DNA from: Syntrophales bacterium
GTDB lineage: Bacteria > Desulfobacterota > Syntrophia > Syntrophales > UBA4778
Assembly: GCA_963665615.2 (NCBI GenBank)
Contig: CAXXQE010000008.1
Span: forward strand, 744,001-808,000
Direction of reading: 5' to 3'
Length of the DNA stretch: 64,000 nt
Part shown: one piece after another, positions 58,682-64,000 of the stretch
How positions within the stretch are numbered: position 1 is the first letter of the stretch
How the letters are laid out: each line of letters opens with the position of its first letter
Translations under genes and position numbers: made by a program
The notes under the pieces: model-generated
Database searches by the model: none
Told to the model about the DNA's origin: nothing
Seen by the model: only the letters and a program-made list of their open reading frames with translations

Positions 58682-58717
58682 AGGTCGATTTCAGATTTTA
58701 AATTTTGAATGTTCCTT

Positions 58718-59995
58718 TTATCCTGCAGGCGTTATTCTGTCAATTCCTTTCATATAAGGGCGTAACGCTTCCGGAATCAGCACACTGCCATCGGGTTGTT
58801 GGTAGTTTTCCAAAATCGCCACAAGGGTGCGTCCAACCGCGAGACCGGACCCGTTAAGGGTATGTACGAATTCAACCTTGCCCGTCTCTTCGCGTCGGAA
58901 ACGAATACCGGCGCGCCTTGCCTGGAAGTCTTCGAAATTGCTGCATGAAGAAATTTCCCGGTATGCTTCCTGGCCTGGAAGCCAGGCCTCGATGTCGTAG
59001 GTTTTGGCCGATGAGAACCCAAGGTCGCCGGAGCAGAGGCTGACGGTCCTGTAGTGAATGCCAAGCCGTTTCAGTATTTCCTCGGCATTGAGCGTCAACC
59101 GCTCCAACTCATCGTAAGATGACTCAGGCGTCGTGAACTTGACCATCTCGACCTTGTTGAACTGATGCTGGCGGATCAGGCCCCGAGTATCCTTGCCGTA
59201 AGAGCCCGCCTCGGCCCTGAAACAGGGCGAGTAGGCGACATAGTAGCGGGGCAATTCTTTCTCCGTCAGGATTTCTCCCTGATGGATGTTGGTTACCGGA
59301 ACCTCTGCCGTCGGGATGAGGAAATAATCCATGTTTTCGATTTTAAAGAGATCTTCGTAGAACTTCGGCAATTGACCGGTTCCTGTCATGCTGGTTGAGT
59401 TCGCCATGAAGGGAGGCAAGACCTCTATGTAGCCATGTTCGGAAGTGTGGAGATCCAGCATGAAATTGATGAGAGCCCGTTCCATTTGGGCACCTGCTCC
59501 GAGATACAGCGTAAAGCGGGCGCCGGCGATCTTGGCGCCTCGGGTGAAATCGAGGATGCCGAGGTTCTCGCCGAGTTCCCAATGGGGTTTGGGAGCCTCG
59601 ATCGCGGGTTTCCCACCCCAAGTCCTAATGACGGGATTGGCCTCCGAACAGGTTCCGACCGCAACGGACGCATGCGGGAGATTGGGAACCGTCATAATAA
59701 AGCGCTGGAGATCTTCCTCGGTTTGTTTCAGCGACTCATCCAAGGTCTTGATCCGATCGGAAACTGTTCCCATTTGGGCGATCAGATCCGCAGCGTCTTC
59801 TTTTTTTGCTTTTTTCTGGCCGATTTCTTTAGAAACTTTGTTACGTTCGCTCCTCAAACTCTCGACTTCTTGCAGAATGGCGCGCCGCTGGGCATCGAGT
59901 GCGGAGAAACGTTCAAAAGCGATCTGTTGCCCCCGCAGCTTCATTTTTTCTTCAACGAGGGTCAAATTTTCTCTGAGGTATTTGATATCCAGCAT
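58718..59995 (-). CDS. serS: Serine--tRNA ligase
   Basis: [58 protein letters not shown]. Confidence 0.97.
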   Translation of the reverse strand: MLDIKYLRENLTLVEEKMKLRGQQIAFERFSALDAQRRAILQEVESLRSERNKVSKEIGQKKAKKEDAADLIAQMGTVSDRIKTLDESLKQTEEDLQRFIMTVPNLPHASVAVGTCSEANPVIRTWGGKPAIEAPKPHWELGENLGILDFTRGAKIAGARFTLYLGAGAQMERALINFMLDLHTSEHGYIEVLPPFMANSTSMTGTGQLPKFYEDLFKIENMDYFLIPTAEVPVTNIHQGEILTEKELPRYYVAYSPCFRAEAGSYGKDTRGLIRQHQFNKVEMVKFTTPESSYDELERLTLNAEEILKRLGIHYRTVSLCSGDLGFSSAKTYDIEAWLPGQEAYREISSCSNFEDFQARRAGIRFRREETGKVEFVHTLNGSGLAVGRTLVAILENYQQPDGSVLIPEALRPYMKGIDRITPAG

Positions 59996-60048
59996 AGACG
60001 GGCACCCTTTAAGTTGGAAATTTGACTAACATTTATGAGACGAAGAAG

Positions 60049-60900
60049 TCAAATAATCTTTATGGTGAAGTAAAGATCCCCCCGATGAATTCCGCTGCCG
60101 GCCGGCAATCCCATCCCCGAAAGTTTTAAACGAGTGCCGTTTTTAACGCCTGATGGGATTTGGACGGCGATATCGCCCATGTTGTCGCCCCGATGGTACG
60201 TGAAACGGATCTTCGTTCCCCGAGCTGCTTCCTGTTTTGAGATTCGCAGCTGGTAAGAAAGGTCGTGGCCGTGCTGGTCTCGCGGAACCCTTTCGGCTGT
60301 GCCGGAAAGGGCCGACAATTCTTTACGAAGTTTCTGAATGAGGCCGCGGAGTTGCCAGAAGGTCCCCGGATTTTCCTGCGGAAACCTCCTCGGGTCGTCG
60401 GCTCTTCTTCCGAACGCCGTGACGGCACGATCGAAAGAACCGCTAGCATTGTATTTGATCTGCCGTGATGCGTCGGGGTTGTACAGACTGCATGAGAAGA
60501 TACTTTGCCGTCGTGAAAAAAGATCGTTGAAGAAGACTTCATTGAATCGGTACCCCTGGCGTTCGAACTCTTGCTGCAGTTCGCTGAAAAAATCGACGCT
60601 CCGTGGATTGTGGAACATTTCTTCCACGATGTTGTCGCGATCGAAACGCGCTGCCGATGCTGTGCGTCGAGTTGAGCGGACAGAGGAGGTACGGCGTTGA
60701 CGGTCGTAAAGACAACGTTTACTCTGATTGATCAGGACGGCATAGGCCTCGGCCACCTCTTTGAACCGTTCTTCTGCCAGGGGATTGGCGGGATTTTTAT
60801 CCGGATGATACAAGAAGGCCAATTTTCTGTAAGCCTTCTTGATGTCCTCTTCGCAAGCGGACCGTCCAATGCTGAGGATGTTGTAATAGTCTTTGCTCAT
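60049..60900 (-). CDS. DnaJ-domain protein with C-terminal DnaJ_C fragment (CbpA-like)
   Basis: [46 protein letters not shown]. Confidence 0.85.
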   Translation of the reverse strand: MSKDYYNILSIGRSACEEDIKKAYRKLAFLYHPDKNPANPLAEERFKEVAEAYAVLINQSKRCLYDRQRRTSSVRSTRRTASAARFDRDNIVEEMFHNPRSVDFFSELQQEFERQGYRFNEVFFNDLFSRRQSIFSCSLYNPDASRQIKYNASGSFDRAVTAFGRRADDPRRFPQENPGTFWQLRGLIQKLRKELSALSGTAERVPRDQHGHDLSYQLRISKQEAARGTKIRFTYHRGDNMGDIAVQIPSGVKNGTRLKLSGMGLPAGSGIHRGDLYFTIKII

Positions 60901-61064
60901 GGCAGGACAATTTAAAATTAAAAAATGGAAAATGTCAAAGGGAACCCCAACAGCGTCTTCATACTTGATGCAACTAAGCGCTTGTGTCATATTAAATCAA
61001 CTCGTTTTTTGAGATGCCGGTGGTTGCGGCAAGAGCATATTCTAAACTCCGAAGACCAAAGCCC

Positions 61065-62327
61065 TTGGACCCTTATCTTACCGTAAAATTGGTATTGCTG
61101 GCCTTTTTCTTCGCGCTATCTGGTTTTTTTGCGTGCTCCGAGGCCTCTCTTTTTTCCCTGACCGCCCTGCATATCCACAAGATGAGGGAAGAGCACTATC
61201 CCTTCCTGTCCCTCACGCAACGCCTGTTGGAGCAACCCAGGAGATTGCTCACCACTATCATTGTCAGCAACGAGATCGCCAACATCCTCATCTCGACGAT
61301 CATGACAGGGATTTTTATCCATTTACTCGGCGAACGCGGAACCTGGGTGGCGATTGCCGTGACTACACCACTGTTGACGATCTTCGCCGAGGCTATTCCG
61401 AAGACGTTTGCAAAGACGCTCCCCATGCGATTTGCGTCGCTCACGGTGCCGATCGTGGTCTTTTTTTCGTGGCTGAGCCATCCGCTTCTGGCAGCAGTGG
61501 ACGGGTTGTGGGAAAGGATTGTGGGGCCTTTCCGCAAGGGAGATCAACGGCGGGAGGGAATGTCGGAGGGGGAGTTTCGTACGTTGATCAATGTCGGCCA
61601 CGATGAGGGGATTTTGGAGAGGGCTCAGCGCGACTTGATTCACCGCGTCTTCGAACTGGGTGATACGGAGGTGGGGGAAATCATGACGCCGCGTGTCGAT
61701 ATGTTCTGTCTACCCCTTTCTTTGAATATTCAGGGTGTCATGACAGAGGTGATCCGGCATGGCTACTCGCGCGTTCCCGTCTATGAGGGCGATGCCGATA
61801 ACATCGTTGGTATTCTGTATGCGAAGGATTTATTGGCCGGCTTTCCTGGTCTTGACGAGCAAGTCCCCTTGTCCACCCTCCTCAAAAAACCCTACTTCAT
61901 TCCGTTGGAGAAGAGCGCGGAGAGCGTTTTGAGGGATTTTCAGTTTAAAAAAATCCATTTGGCCGTCGTGGTGGATGAATACGGCGGCGTTGCCGGACTG
62001 GTGACAATGGAGGACATCCTGGAGAGTCTCTTCGGCGATATCTACGACGAGCGGGATACGCGAGAAAAACTATATCACGCGATCAATGACCACACTTTTG
62101 TCGTGTTGGGAATGATGACCATTGAACAATTCAACGAATTGGTCGGGGCGTCTCTGTCTTCCGAAGATTACGATACCCTTGGCGGCTATGTGCTGCACCT
62201 GTTTGGAACGTTGCCCGCGAAGGGCCAAACGGTTTTTGATGCAACTCACAGTTACAGAGTTGAAAAGATGACAAAGGCCAGGATTGTGAGAGTTCGAGTT
62301 TCGAAACGGGAGCCCTCAGATGGATAA
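61065..62327 (+). CDS. CNNM/hemolysin-family protein (DUF21-CBS-CorC)
   Basis: LSGFFACSEASLFSL, EAIPKT, IMTPRVDM, YSRVPVY, VVDEYGGVAGLVTMEDILE; start uncertain. Confidence 0.9.
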   Translation: MDPYLTVKLVLLAFFFALSGFFACSEASLFSLTALHIHKMREEHYPFLSLTQRLLEQPRRLLTTIIVSNEIANILISTIMTGIFIHLLGERGTWVAIAVTTPLLTIFAEAIPKTFAKTLPMRFASLTVPIVVFFSWLSHPLLAAVDGLWERIVGPFRKGDQRREGMSEGEFRTLINVGHDEGILERAQRDLIHRVFELGDTEVGEIMTPRVDMFCLPLSLNIQGVMTEVIRHGYSRVPVYEGDADNIVGILYAKDLLAGFPGLDEQVPLSTLLKKPYFIPLEKSAESVLRDFQFKKIHLAVVVDEYGGVAGLVTMEDILESLFGDIYDERDTREKLYHAINDHTFVVLGMMTIEQFNELVGASLSSEDYDTLGGYVLHLFGTLPAKGQTVFDATHSYRVEKMTKARIVRVRVSKREPSDG

Positions 62328-63627
62328 TCCGGGAATGATGCTGATGCTGATTGTCGTCTGTCTGCTTCTCGAGGGATTATTTTCCGGAGGAGAGATGGCG
62401 CTTGTAGCGGCGAATCTCAACAAGATCCGGTATCACGCGGGTCAGGGATCGCGTTCGGCAGCGCTCGTTTTAAAGTTTCTGGAAAAGCCCGAGTGGTTTT
62501 TTGCCACGACGCTGACAGGAACGGATTTATGCATCATCATTGAATCGTCGTTGGCCACGACACTGTGCATTTCGCTGTTCGGTGGGGGAAAGGGCCAGGT
62601 CGTTTCAGCGCTTGTCATGGTTCCGATCATCATTGTCTTCGGTGAAATTATTCCTAAGAGCCTTTTTCAGCAGCGTGCTGAATCGGTGGCCATGCGGATT
62701 GTTTGGTTTATTCGGGCTGTGGCTTGGGTACTCTATCCCGTCGTTTTTATTATTTCCGGAATTTCGAGAATAACGCTTTCCGTGCTTGCAGACCGCCCCT
62801 ACGGTTCCGGGCCGTCCTATATCACCAAAGAGGGGCTCAAGTTTCTTTTGAAGGACAGAACAGGCGCCAAGACGGATGTACGAGCTTCGGAAAAAGAGAT
62901 GGTTGGGCGAATCCTCGATTTTTCCAGCGAAACGGTCGGCCATGTCATGGTTCCTTTGTCCAATGTGCGGGCCCTGGAGAAGGAAGTTCTCTTGAGTGAT
63001 GCTTTTTCGTTGATGAAGGGGAAATGGTTTTCGCGCATTCCAGTCTATGATAGAGAAATTTTCAACATCGTCGGCGTGCTGTATGGCTTTGATCTATTGA
63101 AGGTGTTGCCGACAGCGTTGAACGAGCCCATCGGCAAGTACGCCCGGGCCCCGGTGCATTTCGTTCCTGAGATGAAACGGGCCAGCGATTTGCTTATTGA
63201 GATGCAACGGCAGGGCGTGCAGTTGGCCGTTGTCGTTGACGAATATGGGGGCGCAACGGGGATCGTTACCATTGAAGATCTTTTGGAGGAGATCGTTGGG
63301 GAAATTGACGATGAATATGATCAGGAAAGACGGTGTCGCAAAATAGGGCCCGGGCGTTATGTGGTTGATGCAAAGATGAGGATTGAAACGGTTCGAGAGA
63401 TGCTTCAGGTTGAAATTCCAGATGGGAATTATGAAACATTGGGGGGCTTCCTGTTGGAACGCATGGGGAAGATTCCTAGAAAGGGAGAGCGCTTCAACGG
63501 GAACGATGCGCTTTACGTGGTGCAATCCGCGGATTCCAAGTCCATACGAGACGTGCTCGTGATGGTGTCCGCCAAAGTGACGGCGCAACTGGCCGATAAG
63601 GGAAAGAGTGGGGCAGATGAAAGATAA
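62320..63627 (+). CDS. Second CNNM/hemolysin-family protein
   Basis: EGLFSGGEMAL, FGEIIPKS, FSRIPVY, VVDEYGGATGIVTIEDLLEEIVGEIDDEYD. Confidence 0.9.
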   Translation: MDNPGMMLMLIVVCLLLEGLFSGGEMALVAANLNKIRYHAGQGSRSAALVLKFLEKPEWFFATTLTGTDLCIIIESSLATTLCISLFGGGKGQVVSALVMVPIIIVFGEIIPKSLFQQRAESVAMRIVWFIRAVAWVLYPVVFIISGISRITLSVLADRPYGSGPSYITKEGLKFLLKDRTGAKTDVRASEKEMVGRILDFSSETVGHVMVPLSNVRALEKEVLLSDAFSLMKGKWFSRIPVYDREIFNIVGVLYGFDLLKVLPTALNEPIGKYARAPVHFVPEMKRASDLLIEMQRQGVQLAVVVDEYGGATGIVTIEDLLEEIVGEIDDEYDQERRCRKIGPGRYVVDAKMRIETVREMLQVEIPDGNYETLGGFLLERMGKIPRKGERFNGNDALYVVQSADSKSIRDVLVMVSAKVTAQLADKGKSGADER

Positions 63628-64000
63628 CAGGGAGCGGAAGTTTGCGAGCATTATTTTAGCGGCCGGCAAGGGAACACGTATGAATTCTCCGTTGGCCAAG
63701 GTGATGCATCCGATTATGGGACGGCCTATGTTGTGGTATTCCATCCAATGTGCCAGACAAGCCGGAGCCGGTGACATTGTGGTCGTGGTGGGGCATCAGG
63801 CCGAGTTGGTCAAGGAGACAGTGGCCTCTGCCGGGGTGAAGTTTGCTGATCAGCTGGAGCAGCTAGGGACAGGACACGCCGTTTTGGTTACGCGCCCTTT
63901 TTTAAAAGGCTTTCAGGGAACGATTCTTATTCTCTGTGGCGATGTGCCCCTTCTGAAAGATGAAACCATTGAGGCGCTGAAGACCTATCATGCAACTGAA
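63617..64000 (+). CDS. glmU: GlmU-like sugar-phosphate nucleotidyltransferase, N-terminus (cut by window edge)
   Basis: MKDNRERKFASIILAAGKGTRMNSPLAKVMH...VVGHQA...EQLGTGHAV...LCGDVPLL. Confidence 0.8.
   Translation, partial: MKDNRERKFASIILAAGKGTRMNSPLAKVMHPIMGRPMLWYSIQCARQAGAGDIVVVVGHQAELVKETVASAGVKFADQLEQLGTGHAVLVTRPFLKGFQGTILILCGDVPLLKDETIEALKTYHATE

Overview
Bacterial genomic window; gene content suggests a deltaproteobacterium (Desulfobacterota/Syntrophales-like; inference). 1-35.0 kb is a large + strand exopolysaccharide locus: two sets of WbpB/D/E-like aminosugar enzymes, GT2/GT4, Wzx, Wzy-like polymerase, MBOAT/SGNH and family-3 acyltransferases, four deacetylases, three FemAB-like GNAT domains, an AsnB-like ligase next to glutamate racemase, exosortase and rmlA/rmlC. 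It runs into a PEP-CTERM module (prsK, prsR, sigma-54 promoter, PEP-CTERM protein). The right part holds signalling and cell-wall genes, bioB, a TPP-riboswitch thiE-S-G-H-F operon, a cobalamin-riboswitch TonB receptor, serS with two tRNA-Ser genes, a DnaJ protein, two CNNM/hemolysin genes and a partial glmU-like gene. The most unusual signal is non-coding. About 18 intergenic regions carry degenerate 7-bp-period tracts with a consistent polarity: A-rich form starting at or inside a stop codon, T-rich complement before the next start. They often contain a 14-bp GCGGC-N4-GCCGC hairpin. Small accessory genes (an Avd-like four-helix-bundle gene splitting prsK-prsR, an MNT-HEPN toxin-antitoxin pair, a hicB relic) sit between such tracts like cassettes. 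Two MITE-like families are also present. All calls come from reading the sequence and ORF track by eye; no searches were run and repeat boundaries are approximate.
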